From contig CAVPOC010000008.1 in assembly GCA_963706955.1 (NCBI GenBank), forward strand, positions 416,001 to 480,000: a DNA stretch of 64,000 bases, in the 5' to 3' direction. The notes below the pieces were generated by a model. The model was not told the origin of the DNA and did no database searches. It saw only the letters and a list, made by a program, of their open reading frames with translations. Positions 1 through 10,431 of this stretch are shown piece by piece. A program made the position numbers and the translations under genes. Numbering within the stretch: position 1 is the stretch's first letter; each line of letters starts with the position of its first letter. This DNA is from an uncultured Verrucomicrobiae bacterium (GTDB lineage: Bacteria > Verrucomicrobiota > Verrucomicrobiia > Chthoniobacterales > Terrimicrobiaceae).

Positions 1-2
1 AC

Positions 3-578
3 GTGCAGGCCCACCAGCCTGTGCTCGTCTTTCAAAACATCTCGATTTTGGAAGTCGATATCGAGGTGCCGGAAACGGACATGTCCGGAGCCGAACGTGG
101 CATCACTGCCCGGAATGCGCGCGACCTCCTGGAGGCCAGGGCCGAGTTCCCGACGATCCCGGATCGACAGTTTGATCTCGAGCTGAAGTCTTTCAGCGCG
201 GCGGCAACACCGGTCACCCGGACGTTTAGGGTGACCTTCAACCTATACCCGCCTGAGGGTCAGAACATCCTTCCGGGCATGACCTGTACCGTTCTCCTGA
301 GGCAGAGGAGCCGGCTCAGCAGCCAACTGGCTGAAGAAGGCGCCTTCGAAGTGCCGGTGCGGGCCGTTTCCACGGCCAACGGAAAGAGCTCGGTGTGGAA
401 GCTGAATCCCACATCGATGCAAGTTAGCCGTGTAGATGTCGATATGGTTGGAGTAGCCGGCGCCTCGATGAAACTGCGAAGTGCCGCTCTCGCCGCAAAC
501 GACGAAATCGTCACCTCCGGCGTTCGCTTTTTGTCGGAGGGGATGAAGGTGCGCCGGATGCAAGCGAACAATCCCTGA
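3..578 (+). CDS. RND efflux periplasmic adaptor (membrane fusion protein), 5'-truncated by window edge
   Basis: MFP-type motifs 'TRTFRVT', 'ILPGMT', 'VPVRAV', 'IVTSGVRFLSEGMKVR'; lies 7 bp upstream of an AcrB-family gene. Confidence 0.9.
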   Translation: MQAHQPVLVFQNISILEVDIEVPETDMSGAERGITARNARDLLEARAEFPTIPDRQFDLELKSFSAAATPVTRTFRVTFNLYPPEGQNILPGMTCTVLLRQRSRLSSQLAEEGAFEVPVRAVSTANGKSSVWKLNPTSMQVSRVDVDMVGVAGASMKLRSAALAANDEIVTSGVRFLSEGMKVRRMQANNP

Positions 579-585
579 TGCGGCA

Positions 586-3500
586 ATGAATATTGCTGAG
601 GCGTCCATTCGAAAGAAGACGGTCACGCTCGTCTTCGCTGTCCTCATGGTCGTTTTGGGCATTTGGTCCTACATTCACTTGCCGCGGCTGGAAGACCCCG
701 AGTTCACGATTAAAGACGCCCTTATTGTTACGCCCTACCCTGGTGCGTCCGCCCAGCAGGTGGAGAAAGAGGTCAGCGACGTTATCGAACGCGCAGTCCA
801 GCAGCTCGAGCAACTCGACCGCGTGGTCTCCCGCTCCGAAAGGGGACGCAGCACAATCACCGTCACGATCAAGGACCAATACGACCGACACACGCTTCCA
901 CAGGTATGGGATGAGCTCAGGCGTAGGGTCTCCGATTCCCAGCGCCATCTGCCACCGGGCGCCGGGCCATCCCTGGTGGTCGATGATTTCGGTGACGTCT
1001 TTGGGATTTTCTATGCGCTCACGGGACCGGAGTTCTCAGACGCGGAGCTCTACGATACGGCGAAATTGCTCCGACGCGAACTGCTCTTGGTTCCCGACGT
1101 TAAGAAAATCGAGATCTTCGGGCACCAGCAGGAGGTTATTTATATCGAACTCGCCCGCGATCGCATCGCCCAACTAGGTATTCGCCCAGAGACGATTTTT
1201 GCCGCTCTGCGCGAGCAAAATCTTGTTGTTCAAAGCGGAGCTGTGGACGTCGGGCCACTCGCGCTAACGATCAATCCGACCGGGGAATGGACGGGCGTCG
1301 AGGATTTCGAAAACTTGCTCATCCGCGGCGGAGGCGATGGCGGTGAACTCATCCGTCTAAGCGATATTGCGAATGTCCGTCGCGACTACATTGACCCTCC
1401 AACGACATCGCTGCGCTATGATGGTGAACGGGCCATCGGCATTGGCATCTCGACGGTGGGCGGCGGCAACGTAGTCACCATGGGCGCGGCCGTCGAGCGG
1501 CGCATCCGAGAACTTGGCTCGCGGATCCCCCTGGGTATGGAGCTACACAAGATCTCCTTTCAGGCGGATACTGTGACTGAAGCGATCGATGAGTTCATTC
1601 TCAACCTGGGCATTTCGATCGTGATCGTCTTCGTTGTGCTGCTCCTTGCGATGGGCATTCGTAGCGGGCTGATCATCGGCGGAATCTTATTCATTACGAT
1701 GTGCGGCACGATGATCGTCATGGCGCAAACGGGCCTGATTCTGGAGCGCATCTCCCTCGGTGCCCTCGTCATCGCTCTCGTGATGTTGGTCGACAACGCT
1801 ATCGTGATTACCGAAGGCATGCTCGTTGCCATGCAAAAAGGCCACGATAAATTGCGGGCGGCGAAAGATGTCGTTTCGCAGACCGCAATCCCTCTCTTGG
1901 GTTCGACAGCAATCGCGGTGCTCGCCTTCGGGGCGATTGGACTCTCGGACGATAAGACCGGAGAATACTGCCGTTCCCTCTTTGTAGTTCTCCTGATCGC
2001 TCTCGGCTTGAGCTGGATCACCGCGGTCACCATCACCCCGCTTTTTGGTTACTTCTTCTTGAAATCTGTCCCGTCAAGCGAGGACATCAAAGCGAAAGAT
2101 CCCTATGCGGGTTCCATTTTCCAGGGATACAAAAAAATTCTCCTCGCCTGCATGCGGGCGCGCGGCCTGACCGTCGCAGTCCTCGTGGGAATGCTCGCGC
2201 TGTCCATTTTCGCATTCCGGTTTCTCAGCAACAGCTTTTTCCCGGAATCGACCCGCGCACAATTCATGGTCGATGTTTGGCTCTCTGGGGGGACTCGGCT
2301 TGATCAGACCGACCGCGTGACCCAGGAGATGCGCAACTTCATCGCGGACATTCCCGGAATCACACACATCACCACGTCCGTCGGCCAAGGCGCCTTGCGC
2401 TTTCTTTTGACCTATTCGCCTGAGCGATTCGATCCATCGTACGCGCAATTTCTCATCGATGTGAAGGAGCAGTCTCTCATCAACGAGGTTTTGCCACGCG
2501 TGCAGGCCGAACTCACCGAGAAGTATCCCGATGCCCAGATCATCGCCAAGCGATTCCTCTTAGGCCCCGGCGAAGGCGGCCGCATACAAGTGCGCTTTTC
2601 GGGGGATGACTATGGCACCCTTCGTTCCCTCGCCGCGCAGGCCATGGAAATTCTCCGCGCTGATGGCGGAGCCAAGGGGATCCGGATTGATAGTCGCGAG
2701 CCAGTTCCCACGCTGCGCCCGCAGTTTTCTGAAGCGCAGGCTCGCCTGACAGGAATCACACGCACGGACCTCGGCCGAACGCTTGAAGCCGCCTTCAGCG
2801 GACAGCGTATCGGTGTTTATCGTGAGGGCGACGAACTTCTGCCGATTATGGCACGAGGCCCTGAGGCCGAGCGCGCCGACCCTGACCTTATCCGAGATGT
2901 GCAGATCTTTAGCCCAGTGGCGAATCGTTTTCTGCCGGTAAGACAGATTGTTTCCGATTTCACCACCGATTTGGAAGATCCGATCCGCATGCGAAGAAAC
3001 CGCTTGCCGACGATCACCGTGCACGCGGACCAGACTTCCGGCCTTGCCAGCACGCTGCTCAACCGGGTGCGAGGACAAATTGAGGCCATCCCTCTGCCCT
3101 ATGGTTACAGGATGGAGTGGGGCGGCGAATACGAAGACTCCTCGAAAGCGAAAGCGGCGCTCGCTGGCACGCTACCGGCCTTTTTGCTGTTGATGGTGCT
3201 GATCGTGATCTGCCTCTTCAATTCTCTGCGCGTCACTCTCATCATCTGGTTGACCGTGCCGCTTTCCATCATTGGAATCGTGGTCGGTCTGCTGCTTTTC
3301 AACCAACCTTTCGGTTTTATGGCGCTGCTCGGCGCACTCAGCCTGTCGGGCATGCTCATCAAAAACGGAATCGTTTTGATCGACGAAATCAACTCCCAGC
3401 TCACTTCGGGCAAGGCGCCCTGGGACGCTGTGGTCGATGCCTCGGTTAGCCGCGTGCGCCCAGTATCGATGGCGGTTCTCACCACCGTCTTCGGGCTAAT

Positions 3501-3681
3501 CCCACTGCTCTTCGATGTGTTCTTTGGGGCGATGGCGGTCACGATCGTCGTCGGTCTCCTCTTCGCCTCCGCGCTTACCCTTTTCGTCGTCCCCGTCCTC
3601 TATGCGATGTTTTTCAAGGTCCGGCCCGAGAAGGAGCCAATTTCAAGGTATGCAGAAGCAGGTGCCGCCTCGCGCGCCTAG
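586..3681 (+). CDS. RND efflux transporter permease (AcrB/AcrD/AcrF family)
   Basis: 1031 aa; 'LPRLEDPEF', 'YPGASAQQVE', 'MLVDNAIV', 'KNGIVLID', 'RVRPVSM' RND motifs. Confidence 0.95.
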   Translation: MNIAEASIRKKTVTLVFAVLMVVLGIWSYIHLPRLEDPEFTIKDALIVTPYPGASAQQVEKEVSDVIERAVQQLEQLDRVVSRSERGRSTITVTIKDQYDRHTLPQVWDELRRRVSDSQRHLPPGAGPSLVVDDFGDVFGIFYALTGPEFSDAELYDTAKLLRRELLLVPDVKKIEIFGHQQEVIYIELARDRIAQLGIRPETIFAALREQNLVVQSGAVDVGPLALTINPTGEWTGVEDFENLLIRGGGDGGELIRLSDIANVRRDYIDPPTTSLRYDGERAIGIGISTVGGGNVVTMGAAVERRIRELGSRIPLGMELHKISFQADTVTEAIDEFILNLGISIVIVFVVLLLAMGIRSGLIIGGILFITMCGTMIVMAQTGLILERISLGALVIALVMLVDNAIVITEGMLVAMQKGHDKLRAAKDVVSQTAIPLLGSTAIAVLAFGAIGLSDDKTGEYCRSLFVVLLIALGLSWITAVTITPLFGYFFLKSVPSSEDIKAKDPYAGSIFQGYKKILLACMRARGLTVAVLVGMLALSIFAFRFLSNSFFPESTRAQFMVDVWLSGGTRLDQTDRVTQEMRNFIADIPGITHITTSVGQGALRFLLTYSPERFDPSYAQFLIDVKEQSLINEVLPRVQAELTEKYPDAQIIAKRFLLGPGEGGRIQVRFSGDDYGTLRSLAAQAMEILRADGGAKGIRIDSREPVPTLRPQFSEAQARLTGITRTDLGRTLEAAFSGQRIGVYREGDELLPIMARGPEAERADPDLIRDVQIFSPVANRFLPVRQIVSDFTTDLEDPIRMRRNRLPTITVHADQTSGLASTLLNRVRGQIEAIPLPYGYRMEWGGEYEDSSKAKAALAGTLPAFLLLMVLIVICLFNSLRVTLIIWLTVPLSIIGIVVGLLLFNQPFGFMALLGALSLSGMLIKNGIVLIDEINSQLTSGKAPWDAVVDASVSRVRPVSMAVLTTVFGLIPLLFDVFFGAMAVTIVVGLLFASALTLFVVPVLYAMFFKVRPEKEPISRYAEAGAASRA

Positions 3682-3864
3682 ACAGAGTGAACTTATCCCT
3701 AAGTTTGCGGCGCTTTCTCAGCCTCAGAGCAGGGCCCGCCGTTCCACCCTCCGATGCGAATACCGTTCTCCACGGCCAGAGAAGGTCGCATTAGCCAGCG
3801 ACGGCTGCTTCGCTCCAACCGAACTCCGAAAAGATTCCCGGCTTTCGCTGGTTGCTCGGTAGGA

Positions 3865-6196
3865 TTAGTTGGATTTCCTCGCCGGGACTAGCCGCCATGT
3901 CACCCTGCCTACCTCTTCGTTCTCGAACCACTGGCGCGCGAAGATCTCGAACTGGTGCTTCCGCATCTCGCGCGGCACATTTACCAGCAATCGCATCGGA
4001 ATCCGCGATTTGGCCGGAAATACCACCTCGGGAAATGAGGTGCGCCCGCAAGGATTCACCGGAGCATAGACCACGCGGCGCTGTTTCGCTCCCTTCACCT
4101 GCGTCGGCTGCGCTTGGAGCAGTTGTGCCCAGTCGAGTGAAATTTCCAGGACCGCCGCCGACCCTTTTGGCAACCGACCCACCACTTCAAGCCGCATCCG
4201 CCGCGCCCTGTCTGGCGCACCGGCCGCCAAAAATGGCAGCGGCACATAGTTCGGCGGTTCGCCTGAGGGCGGAGGGGTGTTATTGACCACATTGAAATTC
4301 CGCCACGTCACGTTGTTGTTGGCGCGGATAAAAAGCCGAAAGTTGTCCCAGCTCAAAAAATCAGCTGGTGCCGGTGCCGGATCGTGCGCGTGCCCGATCA
4401 ACGCAACGAAACAATAGTGTCCGGTCGTGGGTATTGCGCCCGAGGACCAGACGATGGCATCTGATACTGTCAACAGATCGCCGGTCGGCACGCTGGGGAG
4501 AGTCGTTGAGCCAACCAAGGTCCAAAGGTCTGGGGTCACCAACGTCGCGACAGGGGCCCAATACACTGTCGCATCGACGTTAGCCGCGACCGAGCTACCC
4601 CTGTTGCGGACGCGCACATAGACGAAGTTGTCCTGCCCGGCCTCTGCTTCGAAGCCCAGGGTTGGGCTGTTCTCCGTCCCGCTTCCTTCACCGAACGATG
4701 CTTGCGGGTCCGATTCCGCGGTCGGCCGCAGAATTACATCTGGGCTGGCGGAGATCGCCCCTGTGTGCGGGTCGCCTACATCGCCGACGAAATCCCTCAG
4801 GTAGAGATCGGGCGCGAGATTTAGCACGTCGCCATCTATGATCGCGCGCAAATTAGGCATCACCCCGATGCGATCTCCCGGAGGGTTCTGGGATGCTGTT
4901 CCGTTCGCCGGATCGCTTAAGATTGCGCGGCACGGCCCGGGGCCGAAGCGATGCCCCAGATTTGCTTCAGCCAGCCCCTGCAGTGCCAGTGCCGCGCCCG
5001 TGACGATGGGAGAGGCGCTCGACGTGCCGCTGAAGCTCGAGGTGTAGAGATTCGTCGCCGTATTGGTTCCATCGGAGGACAATGTGTCGACGTTCTCGCC
5101 CCAGCCGTAGCAGTCAATTCGACTGCCGAAGCAGGAAAACGCGAGGCGAGTGTGAGGAGCAATGGAGCTTGCCGCTCCGACGATAATCGCTCCGGAATCC
5201 TGGAAGTCCGCACTGGCGCGATTCAAGATCTGCTGCCCACTTGGGTTGACCACGGTGTCCAAGTCAACGCCACCATTGCCCGCCGCCTCGACGACCACGA
5301 TACCGAGCGCTGTGGCCAAACTGATCACATCGAACACCGCTGGTTCGATCTCCACGGGAACTAGCGAGTAACCCCACAAAGTCGTTTGTGCCTCTAGCAA
5401 CAAGACATCGCCGAAGCTCATGACGGATACCGCATCGGCAATAGCTTGCGACGTGCTATACCCTCCGCCCGTCAGCCATTGACTCACGCAACGGACAGAG
5501 CCCAGCGCGGGAACAATCCCAACGCACCCCACCGCGTTATCCACCGCGCTCAATTCGCCCAGCACGCCCGTGCCGTGGAAAAAGTACCGAGTGGTTGATG
5601 CCGGAGATAAGGGTGATGCCGTGGGCCGCGAGGTCCTCGTGGTTGAACGTCCACCCCCATTCCAGATCCACCAGCGATTGGCCTGCGCCGTCCCCTCCTG
5701 GAAAGCTCCAGGCGTACTCGGCACCGATTCCATCCGGGGCCGGATCAAGGTAGCCTTGGTTGGGGCTGCGCGGATCGTCCGCCGGGTTTACTGCCGGTGG
5801 CTCCACCGGCGGCGGTTCAAGGTAGGCAAACAAAACAGAGGGCCAGCTTGATAGTGCCTTAGTCAATGTCTCCGGATCTACTCCGACGGGGACCTTCACT
5901 GCGTAATAACTTAAAAGATCGGGTGAGCGATATGTCGGATCGGCTGCCGCCGCTCGCCTGACCAGGCCGAGGATATCGCTGCGCTTTTTCGACGCAAAGA
6001 GCGGCTCGATCGTAATCCCCTTGAACTCTGCGGCAAGTCGTTGCCACGGGCCGATACCGCGTTGTTCGATCTCTCTGGCTGCGCTCTGCCCGTGCCGCAA
6101 CTGAATGTGGTCACGAAACTTTACAATGACTCGCGGACGGTATTCTCCTCGAGATCGCCTCGGCGATTTACCACGGCGAGATTTCTTTGCTGGCAT
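3865..6196 (-). pseudogene. S8 (subtilisin-like) serine peptidase split by a 1-nt frameshift at ~5587 (pseudogene or sequencing error)
   Basis: ORF 5537-6196 carries prodomain and catalytic Asp ('LVDLEWGW'); ORF 3865-5748 carries 'HGTGVLG', 'AAGNGG', 'SGTSSASP'. Removing one G from CAC TCG G TAC joins them. Confidence 0.8.
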
Positions 6197-6473
6197 ACGC
6201 TCTCCTCGTTTATTCCCGCCGGCAGCTTTCTAAGAATGCCAGCGCTACTTACAAAGATATTTGCAGCCTCGAGTTTCAGACTTTAACCGAAATCGATGGG
6301 CGATTCGGAGCAACGTCAGGGGAGACGAAGAAGCGCCTCGCTGACAACCAGCGTCCGAAATCTTAGTTTGATCTCGGTGTCGGCAGTTATCGGTAGCGAG
6401 CGAGCGACGCTCGCCGCACTCGGATTATTGCCAGCCCTGGGATTTCCTTTGCGACTTGCCCGAGCTCCCTACC

Positions 6474-8798
6474 CTAGTCGGCGCTGGCACCCGGTTCGAT
6501 CGGATCGGTCGCCGTGTCGAACGAGATCGGCAAAGTCACTTGCGGGGCGTCCTTGAGCGTGAGGATAAAAAGAACGCCGAGGTCCGGTTGGTCCTGACCT
6601 TCGCTTTCACGCACCTGCGCTCCGAGGGAGGCGACCCAACTCGAAAGGTCACGATGGATCATGTAGCGTTGGTATTGCCAGACCTGGGAGAAAAACTCGT
6701 ATTGCTCATAAACGCTGACACCCCAGTGATCGTTGATGCGCAAATATGCATAGAAATCAACCTGGCTATTGTCAGCAAAGAACGTGTTGTTATCGATATA
6801 CTGGTGGCCGACACGAAAGGTGAAGTTCCGGGTGGGCATGAAATTGAACCCCGTGTTGAACTCGTAAAACCCCTCGTCGACGATCGGAAGCTGAGAGGCG
6901 ACCGTCAACGTAAACCATGGCACCGGACGCAGAGTGTAAATGCTAAAGAGATTGGAGACGTCGGCGTCCGAGTACGGGTTATCGAAGTTGACGTCCATGA
7001 AAGTGTCCAGCGTCATCCACTGAAGCGTGCCCTGATCTCGTCGGGTTTGCAGACGATTGCGGACGCCAAGACGCAAAATGTTCCACGTGTCGATGGTATC
7101 AATGGCAGTAAACTGGGGAAAGCTTATCGGCAGCAACTCGGTGGAGGGCACCACGCGGTCGAACTGAAGAATCTCCTGCGGAGAGGCCCCAAAATTCTCT
7201 ACCAGCGAATAGTTAACGTACGGCTGAATCACATGGCGAAGTCCATCCAGGCCAAGCCACCGGGACTGAACACGCTCATAGGCTTTGGACATCTTGGTCG
7301 ATACCTCGACGCCGAAATTCACGACCGGCCGGAAACGCCCACCACTGGTCACCAGATCAGGCGTGGGAGCATTGAGCGGCGTGCTCTCAATGGAAGGTGT
7401 CGCGATAACCTGCGGAAGTCCGGTGACCGGATCGATTTCAGTGGTCTCTCCTCCAAAGCTTTGGAAAGTGCCGCTGCGGTTGTAATAGGTCGCGCGAAAG
7501 CCCACGCGCGGCGTGATGTTGAGCCAACCGAAGAACTGGGCTGGATAGGAAAGCTGGTGAAAAGTATCGAACCGAAGGGCGTTATAGTCAGGAAAATCGA
7601 AGATGTCGAATTCGGGACCTACGGGAAAGGCGCGCCGATATTCCCCGACGCTAGACTCGCCGTCGTAATAGACAGGCCACCCAAAGAGACGGTGCTGCTT
7701 AAAGTCGAAAACCAATTCCGGCAGACGCTCGGTAGTCTCCTGAAAATCGTTGATCTGCCAGCGCGCCCAAAGGTTGAGGGTGTAAAACTCGTCCCATTTC
7801 GTTAAGGCGAGGAAATTATCCGGTTGGGGATCAACCCGGAACTCTCCCGGGAAATAATCCTCCAAAAAATCAACATCGCTCAGCAGGTTTAGGTCAGCGG
7901 TCGCATAGATATCATCGGTGAGGAATAGCCGGTGCTTGAAAGTGACGCGGTAGCGGCCCTCCTCTCCTGGTTCGACCGGTTCGCCTGGACCGCTCAATTG
8001 TTGGTCGGGCTGCGTGTCGAAAGCGTAGTAGGAAATAAAATCGCCGTAGCTTCGATCGTTCTTTCCGTATTTAAATCTGGTGTCGAATCCCACTGCCGCG
8101 CCGAGCTCGGTGCGTAAATCGAGATGCACCTTTCCGATCATGCTATCGCCGCTCCCGATCGGGAAGCTATAGGCGGTCAGCAAATAGGCGCCCCACGGCG
8201 AGTAAAACCCCGGGAGAAATTCGAAACCGGTATTGTTAATATTAGCAAAAATATAAGGAAACCAGAAGATCGGCGTTTGACCGATGTAAATGGTCGAATT
8301 GGAAAAGATGACCCTGCTATCCGGATAGATGCGCACGCTTTTGGACCTGACATGGAAGTCAGGTTTGGAGGAGTCATCGGTCGTAAAGAGGGCATCGCGC
8401 ACGCGGAACTCGCGCGTCGAAGGCGCCCGCAGACTGAAGGCATGGAAAAACAGTGGAAAATGCGCTCCGGAAAACTCGAGCGCTCGCATCTGCTTTGTTT
8501 CCAGATTAAAGAGGGCTCGCTGGCCGGTGAGGACCTCCTTGGGAGTGTAAAGGCGAATATTGCCAATGAGAAGCACATCACGGGTGTCGGGATTGTACTC
8601 CGCGTAGTCGCAATAGATGCTGTAGTCGCCGTAATGGATCTGGACATTGTCTTCAGCGATAGCCACCCCACCCTCGAAGCGAGTAGCTCCATCCGCGGTG
8701 ATTGAGACGGGAACATCCCCAAAGCTTCCGAATTGGGCCACGGCGCCGACCATTGCGGCCAACCAGGCGAGTCCAAGCAGCAAAAGAGTCCTTCTCAT
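6474..8798 (-). CDS. lptD: LPS-assembly protein LptD (OstA family)
   Basis: Signal peptide 'MRRTLLLLGLAWLAA', N-terminal beta-jellyroll ('VSITADG', 'GNIRLY'), 'PIFWFPY', 'TERLPEL', aromatic-rich beta-barrel; start set at ATG 8798. Confidence 0.8.
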   Translation of the reverse strand: MRRTLLLLGLAWLAAMVGAVAQFGSFGDVPVSITADGATRFEGGVAIAEDNVQIHYGDYSIYCDYAEYNPDTRDVLLIGNIRLYTPKEVLTGQRALFNLETKQMRALEFSGAHFPLFFHAFSLRAPSTREFRVRDALFTTDDSSKPDFHVRSKSVRIYPDSRVIFSNSTIYIGQTPIFWFPYIFANINNTGFEFLPGFYSPWGAYLLTAYSFPIGSGDSMIGKVHLDLRTELGAAVGFDTRFKYGKNDRSYGDFISYYAFDTQPDQQLSGPGEPVEPGEEGRYRVTFKHRLFLTDDIYATADLNLLSDVDFLEDYFPGEFRVDPQPDNFLALTKWDEFYTLNLWARWQINDFQETTERLPELVFDFKQHRLFGWPVYYDGESSVGEYRRAFPVGPEFDIFDFPDYNALRFDTFHQLSYPAQFFGWLNITPRVGFRATYYNRSGTFQSFGGETTEIDPVTGLPQVIATPSIESTPLNAPTPDLVTSGGRFRPVVNFGVEVSTKMSKAYERVQSRWLGLDGLRHVIQPYVNYSLVENFGASPQEILQFDRVVPSTELLPISFPQFTAIDTIDTWNILRLGVRNRLQTRRDQGTLQWMTLDTFMDVNFDNPYSDADVSNLFSIYTLRPVPWFTLTVASQLPIVDEGFYEFNTGFNFMPTRNFTFRVGHQYIDNNTFFADNSQVDFYAYLRINDHWGVSVYEQYEFFSQVWQYQRYMIHRDLSSWVASLGAQVRESEGQDQPDLGVLFILTLKDAPQVTLPISFDTATDPIEPGASAD

Positions 8799-8960
8799 CC
8801 GATCACCGGAGGCTATTTTGCCGACTCTCGCTGGCAAGAGAAAAACGTCTTATTCCTCCGACCATTTCGAAACCCGTTAAAAGCATGATTTTCAACGCAC
8901 CGGGGCGACCGGCGCAGTCGAAATCCGACCCGGGGCATGTGGGCGCCGAAGGACATCACT

Positions 8961-9401
8961 CTAATGCCTTTCACTGAGAAATACCACGGCAACTCCACCG
9001 AGGATCAACGCCCCGCCGACAAGGGTCTGCCAGGTGAATTGTATGTCGCGAAAAAACAGCCACGCGAATATCGCAACGAAGAATGGATACGAGATTTCGA
9101 TCAGAGAGGCGAGGGTGGCGTTCTTTTCTCCGATCGCGATGTAGATGAGAAGCCCGCCGGCCACTGAAGATATGATCGCTACCAGAAGCCAGATCCAATC
9201 GTGTTCCAGCGAGCGAAACTCGGAAACCAGCGCTCCCGCCTTTCCACTAACCACCAGAGCCGCGGCGGCTGCCGCAGCTCCAAAAAAAGTGTACAAGAAG
9301 AAAAAAACCAGCGGCGTCATCCCGCGCTCAATCACTCTGCCGCTGGCGGCGTAGCTGATACCCCAAATGATAGCCGCGGCGAGAGCATAGACGATCCACA
9401 T
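8961..9401 (-). CDS. EamA/DMT family small transporter
   Basis: 146 aa hydrophobic; 'MWIVYALAAAIIWG', 'SLIEISYPFFVAIFAWLFF', 'GGALILGGV'; start ATG 9401. Confidence 0.8.
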   Translation of the reverse strand: MWIVYALAAAIIWGISYAASGRVIERGMTPLVFFFLYTFFGAAAAAAALVVSGKAGALVSEFRSLEHDWIWLLVAIISSVAGGLLIYIAIGEKNATLASLIEISYPFFVAIFAWLFFRDIQFTWQTLVGGALILGGVAVVFLSERH

Positions 9402-9526
9402 GAGCCGGATTAAACCGCGTATCTGCCAAACCAAAATGCAAAATAGCACCAATTCCTTGGAAACGAGACCGGCGGCGCTGCTTTTCGTCCCGCCGTGAAA
9501 ACGAATCGTTTGCCGCCAACTCCCGT

Positions 9527-10330
9527 TTAGCCACCGACTGACTCGTATCGGCGCAAACCAGCCCGCCACATCAGTCGAGCGCCGGCAAAGGCCGCCGCCA
9601 CCCAAGCAGCCTGCACGAGCAGCCCGCCCCAAAGTTCAAACCCGCGCACCTTTTCCAACAAAATGGCCACTGGAAAATAGAGCTCGTAAGTAAAGGGCAG
9701 AAACTTGAGCACGTTTCGCAGCCAGTCCGGCATGACGTCGAGCGGGAAAAGGCGGCCGCTCAGGTAATATTCAAACGAGTAGAGAATGAAAACGACGGTG
9801 GAAATCTCGAGGATCCAAAACGCCAGCATGGCCAAGGCATAGGCAATGAGGAACTGCAGCGCCGCCGCCATCACCAACGAGACGGCGAACAGTGGCCAAG
9901 TCAGGGGATCCCGTGGCAGCACGATGAATTCGTGGAACCAGGCAAAGACTCCGATGACGGGACCGATGGTCACCGCCGTATAGAGCAGCCTGGCACTGAG
10001 AAAAAGACTTGCACGATAGGCGAGGTGATCAACCGGTTTGGAAAGAAAATTGTTGATTTGGCCTTCGCGAATCTCGGCCGCAATTTGCCACTCATCATCT
10101 GTCGGGGTCACCAGGTTGTCGACGAGGAGAACGACCATGAAGTAGTAGACTATCTGGCCGAAATCGTAGCCTCGTATGTCTGCTCCTCGGGACTCGAAGA
10201 GGGCTCGCCAAATAAAAACGGTTCCAGCCAGCGGAATGATGCCAAAGAGCGATCGAAGTAAAAAATTCCATCGGTAAACGAAGGTGTTCTGCAAACCCGT
10301 GGTGAACACGCTCCAATACTTGATGATCAT
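9527..10330 (-). CDS. ABC-2 family transporter permease
   Basis: 'YRWNFLL', 'IREGQINNFLSKP', 'SGRLFPLDVMP', 'GLRRYESVGG' typical of the family. Confidence 0.85.
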   Translation of the reverse strand: MIIKYWSVFTTGLQNTFVYRWNFLLRSLFGIIPLAGTVFIWRALFESRGADIRGYDFGQIVYYFMVVLLVDNLVTPTDDEWQIAAEIREGQINNFLSKPVDHLAYRASLFLSARLLYTAVTIGPVIGVFAWFHEFIVLPRDPLTWPLFAVSLVMAAALQFLIAYALAMLAFWILEISTVVFILYSFEYYLSGRLFPLDVMPDWLRNVLKFLPFTYELYFPVAILLEKVRGFELWGGLLVQAAWVAAAFAGARLMWRAGLRRYESVGG

Positions 10331-10431
10331 TCAGACGAGTGAGTGATGGTCCCCGGCTGGGCGCAAGAACTTTCACTCGTCACTTGTCACCAGCCTATCT
10401 TCCCGCCAGCATCGGAGCCTTCTCGCCCTTC

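Noticed and set aside
6456..7805. 449-aa plus-strand ORF
   Set aside because: Antisense shadow of lptD with no motifs; expected in GC-rich DNA
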